A DNA stretch of 64,000 bases from an uncultured Candidatus Actinomarina sp. (lineage in GTDB: Bacteria; Actinomycetota; Acidimicrobiia; Actinomarinales; Actinomarinaceae): NCBI GenBank assembly GCA_902526825.1, contig CABZMN010000004.1, forward strand, positions 5,803 to 69,802, written 5' to 3'. Shown piece after piece: positions 49,646-58,024 of the stretch. The translations under genes were made by a program, and so were the position numbers. The notes under the pieces are model-generated. The model saw only the letters and a program-made list of their open reading frames with translations. It ran no database searches and was not told the DNA's origin. Positions within the stretch are counted from its first letter, which is position 1, and each line of letters begins with the position of its first letter.

Positions 49646-51096
49646 TCTTCTCTTTTGATTATTCCAGAGAGTTTCTTTGCAAAGTTTTTCTTTTCTTCAA
49701 TATCTACTTTTCTAGAAATTTGTATTCTTTGAGCTTGTGGTGATCCAGCTCCATGCATTGATTCAGTTAAATAAGCAACAGCATTTCTTCCTAATGTCAT
49801 ATTTTCAATAAGTCGTAACATGCTTACACGATCTTCCGTATTTACATCTTCTTTGCCTTTCAAGTATTTCAATAGGTTTGGTGACATCTCACTTTCATTT
49901 ATGTCAATACCTGAAGGCATTGATGCAACTAGTCCACCAGCTAAATCTTGCGCCAACCTTCCTATCTCATAAGTTTCTTTTGTAACATGCTGTTTGCAGA
50001 CATTTGCTAATAAATCGTCATTTATATAATTTCCACTTTTTGTTTTTTTTCCTTGCAAAGATGAAGCAATTCCCGTTGCATAAATAGTTTCATTTAATTT
50101 ATTCATTTCAATCAATTTTTCTTTAATATGTGATTTATCTTCAACACCGTTATATTCGGCAATACTTGCTGCTGCCCCTATCATTACATCCCCAACACCT
50201 GATTTACATACATACGACCTTCGATGATAACATGTAAATCTTTCGACAAGCATTGCAGCAAAATCATATTCACCATTCATAAATATAAATTCGTTTGGAA
50301 TGAATACATTATCAAAAATAACCATTGCTTCTTGACCAGCAAAATATTTATTTCCAACATCATATTCACCTGGCTCCATACTTCTGGTGTCACAGGATTG
50401 TCGTCCATAGATGTATGTAATACCTTCTGTCTCAATGGGCAAGGCTCCTACAATTGCATAATCTTTATCATTTTCAGTAAGCCTTAGAGTTGGCATAACA
50501 ACCATCCAATGAGAATTTATACATCCTGTTTGATGAGCTTTAGCTCCTGAGACATAAACACCATTATCATCTCTTTTAACAACTCTCAAATATAAATCTT
50601 GGTCCGCTTGTTGGTGTGGAGGTTTTGATCTATCACCTTTAACATCAGTCATAGCTCCACCAATCACAAAATTACCCTCATGCATTTTTGTTAAAAAATT
50701 GATAAATTTGTCATGGTAATTTGTCTTATATTTTTCATCAATCTCATATGTTACGGAATGGAGGGCATTGAATGCATCCATTCCTACACATCTTTGGAAA
50801 CACGTACCAGTTAACTGACCAAGTTTCCTTTGCATTTCATTTTGCATAAATAAATCTTCACTGCTGTTCGCAATATGTAAAAATCGATTAATTGGCTCAT
50901 TTGTATAAGGTGAAATAGTTGTAGCCAAATCAGGGTCTCTATCTGCTAATGCATAAGTTTCAGCCATAGCTTCAATACTTGGTTTGATAATTGGATGAGT
51001 GAGCGGATCTTTTACTAGTTCACCCATGAGATAGATAGTTAGATTTCTATTTTTTAGAGAGTTAATATAATCTGATTTTGTACGAATTTTGGTCAT
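49642..51096 (-). CDS. abfD: 4-hydroxybutyryl-CoA dehydratase (AbfD/Hcd, [4Fe-4S]/FAD)
   Basis: GTCFQRCVG (two Fe-S Cys), GAMTDVKGDRS, GAKAHQTG, GQEA, YHRRSYVCK (His/Tyr/Cys), TESMHGAGSPQAQ. The Fe-S ligands distinguish it from HpaB monooxygenases. Confidence 0.9.
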   Translation of the reverse strand: MTKIRTKSDYINSLKNRNLTIYLMGELVKDPLTHPIIKPSIEAMAETYALADRDPDLATTISPYTNEPINRFLHIANSSEDLFMQNEMQRKLGQLTGTCFQRCVGMDAFNALHSVTYEIDEKYKTNYHDKFINFLTKMHEGNFVIGGAMTDVKGDRSKPPHQQADQDLYLRVVKRDDNGVYVSGAKAHQTGCINSHWMVVMPTLRLTENDKDYAIVGALPIETEGITYIYGRQSCDTRSMEPGEYDVGNKYFAGQEAMVIFDNVFIPNEFIFMNGEYDFAAMLVERFTCYHRRSYVCKSGVGDVMIGAAASIAEYNGVEDKSHIKEKLIEMNKLNETIYATGIASSLQGKKTKSGNYINDDLLANVCKQHVTKETYEIGRLAQDLAGGLVASMPSGIDINESEMSPNLLKYLKGKEDVNTEDRVSMLRLIENMTLGRNAVAYLTESMHGAGSPQAQRIQISRKVDIEEKKNFAKKLSGIIKRED

Positions 51097-51150
51097 ACAT
51101 CATTATAAATTGTAAGATTGTGATTTAAAATCTAGTTAGAAATTTATAAT

Positions 51151-52329
51151 TTAAATAACTTCAAATAAGCCAGCTGCACCCATACCACCGCCAACACACA
51201 TAGTTACAACTACGAATTTTGCGTTTCTTCTCTTACCTTCCATTAATGCATGCATTGTCATTCTTGCACCAGTCATTCCATATGGATGGCCTATTGAGAT
51301 TGAGCCGCCATTGACATTGTAAATACTATTATCGATACCAAGTTCGTCTCTACAGTATAAAGTTTGAACAGCAAACGCTTCATTTAGCTCCCAAAGGTCT
51401 ATATCCTCAATTTTCAAATTGAATTTATTCAATAAATCTGGCACTGCATATACAGGACCTATTCCCATTTCCTCTGGTGCTAATGCTGATACTGTCATAC
51501 CTCTGTAATATCCAAGTGGTTCTAGGCTTCTTTTTTCTGCTTCACTTGCTTCCATTAAAACAACAGAAGCTGAACCATCTGATAATTGTGAAGCATTGCC
51601 AGCTGTAATGAACTTTCCTTCTCCGTAAACTGGAGGAAGTGAGGATAAACCTTCTAAATTTGTCTCTGGTCTATTTCCCTCATCTTTTGTTAATTTAACA
51701 TCTTCATCAGTAACTTCGCCGGTTTCTTTATTTTTGACACTCTTGGTTGTAGTTGTTGAGATAATCTCGTCATCAAACTTATTACTTTCTTGAGCAGCTG
51801 CAGTTCTTTGTTGGCTTTGTAATGAATATTCATCTTGATATTCTCTTGAGATATTATATTTTTCAGCAACAAAATCAGCAGTTTCGATCATAGGCATGTA
51901 AGCGTTATCTGCAAGTTTTACCACATTTGGATCTGGAGCAAATCGCAATTCAGCAGTTTGAACCAACGATATAGATTCAACACCGCCTGCAACAACAACA
52001 TTCATATTGTCTGTCATTATTTGTTTTGCACCAGTAGCAATGGCCATTAGGCCAGAAGAACATTGTCTATCTATTGTCATTCCTGGAACAGTAATTGGTA
52101 ATCCTGCTGCGATTCCACTTAGTCTTCCGATATTTAAAGCTTGTGAGCCTTGTTGTTGAGCACAACCCATGATGACATCCTCTATTTCATTTGGATCAAC
52201 ATTTGCTCTTTCAACAGCTTCTTTGATTGAATAAGAACCTAATGTAGGAGCATCTGTTTTGTTGTATGCTCCACGATAAGCTTTTCCAATAGGTGTTCTT
52301 GCTGCTGATACTATTACTGCTTCTCTCAT
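51151..52329 (-). CDS. Acetyl-CoA C-acyltransferase (thiolase)
   Basis: [24 protein letters not shown]. Confidence 0.95.
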   Translation of the reverse strand: MREAVIVSAARTPIGKAYRGAYNKTDAPTLGSYSIKEAVERANVDPNEIEDVIMGCAQQQGSQALNIGRLSGIAAGLPITVPGMTIDRQCSSGLMAIATGAKQIMTDNMNVVVAGGVESISLVQTAELRFAPDPNVVKLADNAYMPMIETADFVAEKYNISREYQDEYSLQSQQRTAAAQESNKFDDEIISTTTTKSVKNKETGEVTDEDVKLTKDEGNRPETNLEGLSSLPPVYGEGKFITAGNASQLSDGSASVVLMEASEAEKRSLEPLGYYRGMTVSALAPEEMGIGPVYAVPDLLNKFNLKIEDIDLWELNEAFAVQTLYCRDELGIDNSIYNVNGGSISIGHPYGMTGARMTMHALMEGKRRNAKFVVVTMCVGGGMGAAGLFEVI

Positions 52330-52346
52330 CTTTAGTCTTCTTTCTT

Positions 52347-52808
52347 CTATTCTGTAATTATAAATAAAGTTAAAGGCTCAACAATAGCTGCTGGTTTATC
52401 TTTACCTTCTATTTCAATTGTAGCAGTATGCTTTACCAACCATCTACCAGCTTTTTTATACTGGACATCTGACAAAACAAATCTCCCTCTAATCTTGCTA
52501 TTTACTGGCACAGCTTCCATGAAACGAACTTTATCAAGTCCGTAATTAATTGCCATTTGAATATTTTCTGGCATGACAGTGTTGTCGGCAGATAAGTAAG
52601 TTATCATACTCAATGTCAGGAATCCATGAGCTATTGTAGTTCCCCATGGAGTGCTTTTAGCCATTTCTTCATCAACATGAATAAATTGATGATCGTTTGT
52701 ACCTTCTGCAAATTGATTTATCCTATCTTGATTTATTTCGAACCAGTCTGAAACACCAACCTCTTGACCAATATATTTTTCCATTTCCTCTGCAGGTACA
52801 ATCATCAT
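52347..52808 (-). CDS. MaoC-family (R)-enoyl-CoA hydratase/dehydratase
   Basis: [33 protein letters not shown]. Confidence 0.92.
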   Translation of the reverse strand: MMIVPAEEMEKYIGQEVGVSDWFEINQDRINQFAEGTNDHQFIHVDEEMAKSTPWGTTIAHGFLTLSMITYLSADNTVMPENIQMAINYGLDKVRFMEAVPVNSKIRGRFVLSDVQYKKAGRWLVKHTATIEIEGKDKPAAIVEPLTLFIITE

Positions 52809-53824
52809 GTTATCTCCTCTAATAAATTTTTATTCGCCGCTTTATTTGCAAACTTTATTGTACTGTCCTTAAATGATTCTATTTCATTTTCATTTGTTTT
52901 TCCATATGATCCCATGGAATATCTTATGTACACCCCTTCCATTATCATTGCATGTTTCCAATAAGATAACCTTGTGTAAAATTCAATATCTTTTAAATCT
53001 AGATTTGATTCATTTAGATATAGTTTAATTACATCCTCACGTGTAGGAAATCCACCAGACAGGGTAGGAGAGTAAATAAATGGTGAGTCTTTTTCTTTCT
53101 TTGTGTTCCAAGATGCTATAACTGTTCCCATATCTGCAAGCGGATCTCCTAAAGTACAAAGTTCCCAATCCAGTACGGCTGTTACTTTATTATCATTTAC
53201 TCGAACATTATCTAATCTGTAATCTCCATGAACTATTCCAACAGTTTGTTGTGGAGGAATATAATCAAGAAGTAAATTAGTTGCACTTTCTAATTCTTTT
53301 ATTTCTCTAACTTTTTGAGATTGAAATTGTTTATTCCATCTTTTTATTTGTCTTACTACGTAATTTTCATGTTTTCCTAAATCACTTAATTCTGAATTTA
53401 TAACATTAAAATTGTGTATTTCTGTAAGAGCTTTAATGAATGATTCAGTAATTGTTTTTTTCTGTGATTGGTCATAGCTCCCTGCCACTTGGTCGTTAGC
53501 TATCGTATCACCCTCAATAAATTCCATAATATAAAAATCATCTGTAGATAACTGCTTCTTTTCATATAGATAGAATGGTTTTGGAACCCTTAAACCATTT
53601 TCATTTAAAACTTTTAATATTTTATATTCCCTACCCATATTGTGTGCAGATTCTAATTTGAGTCCAAATGGAGGCCGTCTTAATACAAATGTATTTGAAT
53701 CATCAAAAATTTTAAATGTAATATTTGATCTTCCTACTTTAAATTGTTCAAAGTTGAAATCTTCTGAAATATCTACAACTGTAGAAATATATTTCTTTAG
53801 TTTGTCGCTAAAAAAGTCCATCAA
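52805..53824 (-). CDS. APH-family phosphotransferase (ACAD10/11 kinase domain / LvaA-like)
   Basis: GRSNITF, VLRRPP, AHNMGRE, VHGDYRLDN, VLDWELCTLGDPLAD. Confidence 0.9.
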   Translation of the reverse strand: MMDFFSDKLKKYISTVVDISEDFNFEQFKVGRSNITFKIFDDSNTFVLRRPPFGLKLESAHNMGREYKILKVLNENGLRVPKPFYLYEKKQLSTDDFYIMEFIEGDTIANDQVAGSYDQSQKKTITESFIKALTEIHNFNVINSELSDLGKHENYVVRQIKRWNKQFQSQKVREIKELESATNLLLDYIPPQQTVGIVHGDYRLDNVRVNDNKVTAVLDWELCTLGDPLADMGTVIASWNTKKEKDSPFIYSPTLSGGFPTREDVIKLYLNESNLDLKDIEFYTRLSYWKHAMIMEGVYIRYSMGSYGKTNENEIESFKDSTIKFANKAANKNLLEEIT

Positions 53825-53878
53825 ACAACATATTAATGAAAGTTTTTTGGTTCAGAAGTTTAAATTGATACAATAAGA

Positions 53879-55087
53879 ATGATGGATTTTAATTTCTCTA
53901 AAGAATCACTTGAATTACAAGATAAGCTAAAAACCTTTTTCGCTGACCATATTTACCCAAATGAGGACCTCTATGAGAAGGCAATTAATGATTCAGGAGA
54001 TCCATTGCATATTCCAGAAATATTAAATGAGCTTAAATCAAAAGCTAAAAGTGAAAATTTGTGGAATTTATTTCTCCCTGACAAGGAATATGGATATGGA
54101 TTATCAAATATTGACTATGCACCATTAGCTGAGATAACAGGTCATAATTGGTGGGCTCCTGAAGTATTTAATTGCTCTGCCCCTGATACAGGAAATATGG
54201 AAATTTTAGCCGAGTTTGGAACAGCAGAACAAAAAAAACAATGGCTTGAACCACTTCTTGAAGGAGAAATAAGATCATGCTTCGCAATGACTGAGCCAAA
54301 TGTAGCTTCCTCAGATGCTACAAACATAGGAAGTTCAATTGTCAGTGACGGTGACAATTATGTAATTAATGGTCGTAAATGGTGGACTTCAAATGCAATA
54401 AATCCAAATGCAAAAATATGTATTTTCATGGGTGTGACGAACCCAGATAGTCCTCCATACCAAAGGCAGAGCCAAGTATTAGTTCCTATGGATAGCGAGG
54501 GACTATCGATAATCAGACCAATGCAAGTATTTGGATATGATGATGGATACACAGGACATCCAGAGCTTTTATTTGAAAATGTCGTTGTTCCAAAATCTAA
54601 CATCATTGGGGGAGAAGGAATGGGATTTAAAATAGCTCAAGCTAGGCTTGGGCCTGGAAGAATACATCATTGTATGAGGGCTATCGGAATGGCAGAGAGA
54701 GCATTATCTCTTATGATCGACCGATCACTTGAAAGAGAAACATTTGGTCAAAAATTAGCTGAACAAGGTGTTATTCAAGATTGGATTGCTCGCTCAAGAA
54801 TAAAAATAGAGGAAGCAAGATTACTAACTTTGAAAACTGCATGGCTAATCGATACAGTTGGTAAAGAAGAAGCAAAAATAGAAATCTCATCTATAAAAGT
54901 ATCTGTTGTTGAGGCTGCTTCTTACGTCATCGACAAAGCTATACAAACGTTTGGCGCAATGGGGTTATCCCAAGACACTCCACTAGCTAGGATGTCTGCA
55001 GGAGCTCGTGTATTAAGAATTGCAGATGGACCAGATGAAGTTCACTTAAGATCAATAGCAAGAAGAGAAATTAATAAACATAGATAA
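53879..55087 (+). CDS. Acyl-CoA dehydrogenase (ACAD10/11 / LvaC-like)
   Basis: LWNLFLP, YAPLAE, FNCSAPDTGNMEIL, FAMTEP, RLGPGRIHHCMR, RIADGPDEVH. Confidence 0.92.
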   Translation: MMDFNFSKESLELQDKLKTFFADHIYPNEDLYEKAINDSGDPLHIPEILNELKSKAKSENLWNLFLPDKEYGYGLSNIDYAPLAEITGHNWWAPEVFNCSAPDTGNMEILAEFGTAEQKKQWLEPLLEGEIRSCFAMTEPNVASSDATNIGSSIVSDGDNYVINGRKWWTSNAINPNAKICIFMGVTNPDSPPYQRQSQVLVPMDSEGLSIIRPMQVFGYDDGYTGHPELLFENVVVPKSNIIGGEGMGFKIAQARLGPGRIHHCMRAIGMAERALSLMIDRSLERETFGQKLAEQGVIQDWIARSRIKIEEARLLTLKTAWLIDTVGKEEAKIEISSIKVSVVEAASYVIDKAIQTFGAMGLSQDTPLARMSAGARVLRIADGPDEVHLRSIARREINKHR

Positions 55088-55089
55088 TT

Positions 55090-55956
55090 ATGGAAAAAGT
55101 TGCAGTTATCGGTGGTGGACAAATGGGAAGTCAGATTGCGGCTTTATCAGCAATGTCAGGTCATGAAACAAGTATCTTTGATAGCAATAAAGAATATTTA
55201 GATAGCAAATTAGTTTTTACCAAAGAGAATATAGAAAATTTAGTTTCTAAAGACTTGATAAAAAAAGAAAGCTTGGATAATTTTAACCAAAATCTTAAAG
55301 TTTATGATTCACTTGAAACGGTGGTAGATGATAAAACATTTGTAATTGAAGCTGTAGTTGAAAGATTTGACATAAAAAAAGAAATTTTTTCAACGATTTC
55401 AAAAATACTCGATGAGGATGTTGTTCTTGCAACAAACAGTTCATTTATAGCTGCATCAGAAATTGCGCAACACTGTAAACATCCCGAGAGATTTATAAAT
55501 ATGCACTTCTTTTACCCTCCATTAAGAATGGATCTCATTGAAATTTCATTTCCAGAATCCACTAGCAAAGAAATAGTTGATAGGACTAAAGAACTGAGCA
55601 AATTGATGGGAAGAACAGTTGTAACTTTAAATAAAGAAACACCAGGCTTTATTGTAAACAGGATGTTAGGTGCGTTAGTTGATGAGGCCTACGAATTATA
55701 TGACGAAGGAATAGCCGACTTTAAAGATATAGACCTAGCAATTAAGAAAGGATTGAACCATCCACTAGGACCATTTGAATTGACTGATTACTCAGGCTTG
55801 GATATTAGTTATTATTCAAAACTTAAAATTTATAATGAAACAAAAAACCCAAAAGATAAACCCAAAAAATTTCTAGAAGAAAAAGTTAAAGATGGGAAAT
55901 TGGGTGTAAAAACAGGAGAAGGTTTTTACAATTATGACAAACCTTCAAAGTCTTGA
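55090..55956 (+). CDS. 3-hydroxyacyl(butyryl)-CoA dehydrogenase
   Basis: GGGQMG, EAVVE, ATNSS, MHFFYP, PGFIVNR, HPLGPF, GVKTGEGFY. Confidence 0.92.
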   Translation: MEKVAVIGGGQMGSQIAALSAMSGHETSIFDSNKEYLDSKLVFTKENIENLVSKDLIKKESLDNFNQNLKVYDSLETVVDDKTFVIEAVVERFDIKKEIFSTISKILDEDVVLATNSSFIAASEIAQHCKHPERFINMHFFYPPLRMDLIEISFPESTSKEIVDRTKELSKLMGRTVVTLNKETPGFIVNRMLGALVDEAYELYDEGIADFKDIDLAIKKGLNHPLGPFELTDYSGLDISYYSKLKIYNETKNPKDKPKKFLEEKVKDGKLGVKTGEGFYNYDKPSKS

Positions 55957-56351
55957 TCTTTAAGATTAAAAAAGAATTCTCTTTCGGCTTTTATTTTTAA
56001 AATTATTCTTTCAGATTGAATTTCAAAAGGGTATGGTTTGTTCCAATATTTTTGAGATAGATCATTAATATTCTTTAAAGCGTCTTCACCTGTAATTTCA
56101 CCCACTACTTCTCCTCTAATTTCCACAAATTTAAACTCATTGTCATGCTTCCAGATCATAACATTGACTCTTGGGTCATCTTTTACATTTAAATATTTTC
56201 TACGGTGAATTTCTGTATTTATTAAAATATTTTCACCATCTGTATCAACCCACATTACGTGTGTTTGAGGGGCACCACTTTTAAAGAGCGTCGTTAAAGT
56301 TGCATAATTCGGCTCTTTTGCCATTGCAATCGTTTTTTTATCTAATCCCAT
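55932..56351 (-). CDS. PPOX-class (probably F420-dependent) oxidoreductase
   Basis: ATLTTL..SGAPQTHVMW, RKYLNVKDDPRV, VEIRG, LSQKY. Confidence 0.82.
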   Translation of the reverse strand: MGLDKKTIAMAKEPNYATLTTLFKSGAPQTHVMWVDTDGENILINTEIHRRKYLNVKDDPRVNVMIWKHDNEFKFVEIRGEVVGEITGEDALKNINDLSQKYWNKPYPFEIQSERIILKIKAEREFFFNLKDQDFEGLS

Positions 56352-56370
56352 ATAATTATCATAGAATATT

Positions 56371-56826
56371 ATGAAAGTTGTTTTGCAAAGAGTTAAATCA
56401 GCATCAGTGAAAGTTGATAACTCTTTAATTTCAGAAATTAGCAGTGGCTATCTTCTTTTATGGTGTATTGAAAAAGGTGATATTCCAGAAGATATTGAAA
56501 CCTTAACAAAAAAGATTATTAATTTAAGAATATTTTCTGACGAACAAGGAAAAATGAATAAATCAATTATTGATACTGGTGGAGAAATACTTTTAGTAAG
56601 CCAATTTACATTAAGCGGAAATATTCAAAAAGGCAATAGACCATCATTTATAAATTCTCAAGATCCTGAAATTGCAAAAAAAATGATTGATGATGTTGCT
56701 GAGGTATTTTCTGATCATTTGAAAGTAAAACAAGGTATCTTTGGAGCTCTAATGGAAGTATCTCTTATCAATGATGGTCCTTTAACAATGTTTATTGAAT
56801 CAAGGGATGGAAAAATACAAAGTTAA
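56371..56826 (+). CDS. dtd: D-aminoacyl-tRNA deacylase
   Basis: MKVVLQRV, LRIF, SQFTL, KGNRPSF, NDGP. Confidence 0.95.
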   Translation: MKVVLQRVKSASVKVDNSLISEISSGYLLLWCIEKGDIPEDIETLTKKIINLRIFSDEQGKMNKSIIDTGGEILLVSQFTLSGNIQKGNRPSFINSQDPEIAKKMIDDVAEVFSDHLKVKQGIFGALMEVSLINDGPLTMFIESRDGKIQS

Positions 56827-57251
56827 GCAGATTGTAACTTTATATTTTTCTTTCCTTCAGCTTCACTAAGTTTTTTATCCAAATAATATTCTTCTCCAGC
56901 CCAAAGATGTAATCCAAGACCAACTTTCATCGCACACCTTTTGAAGGCATCTGATTCAGCATGCTTAGCGTTCATGCCATCACTTCCTTGATCATGTTCA
57001 ACATCTCCAATCGAAGTAATAGTTACTGATTTGCCATCAATTTGTGTTGTTAGTTTGCCAAAGCAACCAACAACTTTTCCACTATTTTCTTGTCTAATCA
57101 ATTGAACAACTTCCCAATTAAAAGGTCCACATACCTCCAGAAGTCTTTGAGTAATTACAGAATGTGGAATATAGTTTCCAAATTTCCCTTTTGGGGCAGG
57201 TTTAATCCACTCATCTGGAAATTGTCTTGATAGTTCATATAATTGATTCAT
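56823..57251 (-). CDS. Rad52/Rad22 (Sak/DdrA-like) single-strand annealing protein
   Basis: LSRQFP, YI....ITQRLLEV.G, KHAESDAFKRCAMKVGLGLHLW (K.A.SDA.KR.A...G.G signature). Confidence 0.78.
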   Translation of the reverse strand: MNQLYELSRQFPDEWIKPAPKGKFGNYIPHSVITQRLLEVCGPFNWEVVQLIRQENSGKVVGCFGKLTTQIDGKSVTITSIGDVEHDQGSDGMNAKHAESDAFKRCAMKVGLGLHLWAGEEYYLDKKLSEAEGKKNIKLQSA

Positions 57252-57811
57252 TATTTCCTTTCTTTATGACCTAGATCTTTTGCCCACTTTGGGGCAGTGC
57301 TGTTGTTTGTATTTATACTTTTCAAGTCAGCTTTTTCTTTCCATTCTTTGTATAAAAACGTGTCACGAATCATTTCAGGGTTAATATTTTTAGAATTTGA
57401 AAAAGCATCGAGCCCCTTAAGTTTTGGAACAAAGGTTTGTCCAAGTATCGCAAGTAGTGATTCAACTAACTCTTCATTGTTATCTGACTTTTCAATAATC
57501 CACTCAATAAATTTTCTCAAATCTTGAACTTTCCAACTATAAGATTTGTTGAAGATAAATACTTCATCTCCAAGCCTTACAGGTCCATTTTCTTCCACGT
57601 TTTTAGCAATATTTTGATCATTAAAAGACTTAATATTTGTACTTGCTTTTTTTACAGTTGAGCTTGTATTTCTCGCTATCCAAAGGAACTCAATATCCTT
57701 TGTTTTGGAAAGTTGTTCTCCATATTCAGTAACAGTAATATCAAAGTCATCACCATCCTGATATGTTATCTCTTTTGTTAAAGATAATATTTCATCTAAA
57801 TTATTACTCAT
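57251..57811 (-). CDS. Hypothetical protein (186 aa)
   Basis: Start set at ATG 57811 with AGGAG RBS at 57817-57821; its stop overlaps the start of the Rad52-like gene. Confidence 0.75.
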   Translation of the reverse strand: MSNNLDEILSLTKEITYQDGDDFDITVTEYGEQLSKTKDIEFLWIARNTSSTVKKASTNIKSFNDQNIAKNVEENGPVRLGDEVFIFNKSYSWKVQDLRKFIEWIIEKSDNNEELVESLLAILGQTFVPKLKGLDAFSNSKNINPEMIRDTFLYKEWKEKADLKSINTNNSTAPKWAKDLGHKERK

Positions 57812-57824
57812 ATGTACTCCTAAA

Positions 57825-57941
57825 TTAAGCGGCTTTTCTATAGTCTTCATGACATCTACAGCTGTCACTATGTTGATAGCAAACAATCACTGCTTCTAGC
57901 CCGCATGATTTAAGGATATCTTCAATTTTGTTATTTTTCAT
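57825..57941 (-). CDS. Putative 38-aa Cys/His-rich small protein
   Basis: MKNNKIEDILKSCGLEAVIVCYQHSDSCRCHEDYRKAA*. TAATAT -10 box 7 nt upstream of the ATG; stop lies just before the RBS of the next gene. Confidence 0.5.
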   Translation of the reverse strand: MKNNKIEDILKSCGLEAVIVCYQHSDSCRCHEDYRKAA

Positions 57942-58024
57942 AAAAGTAATATTAGAAATTGCATACGACAAAAAATGTAAAAAAACATACAACAAGTTAT
58001 TTTTTAGAATAAGATGGCCATGTA

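Noticed and set aside
49642-51096. 4-hydroxyphenylacetate 3-monooxygenase (HpaB) annotation
   Set aside because: Same fold, but the CxxxC and H-x5-C Fe-S ligands present here are AbfD features, and there is no adjacent flavin reductase.
48671-55956. Interpreting abfD as evidence for an autotrophic HP/HB or DC/HB cycle
   Set aside because: No acetyl/propionyl-CoA carboxylase, malonyl-CoA reductase, methylmalonyl-CoA mutase or succinyl-CoA reductase is in the window; the neighbours are catabolic.
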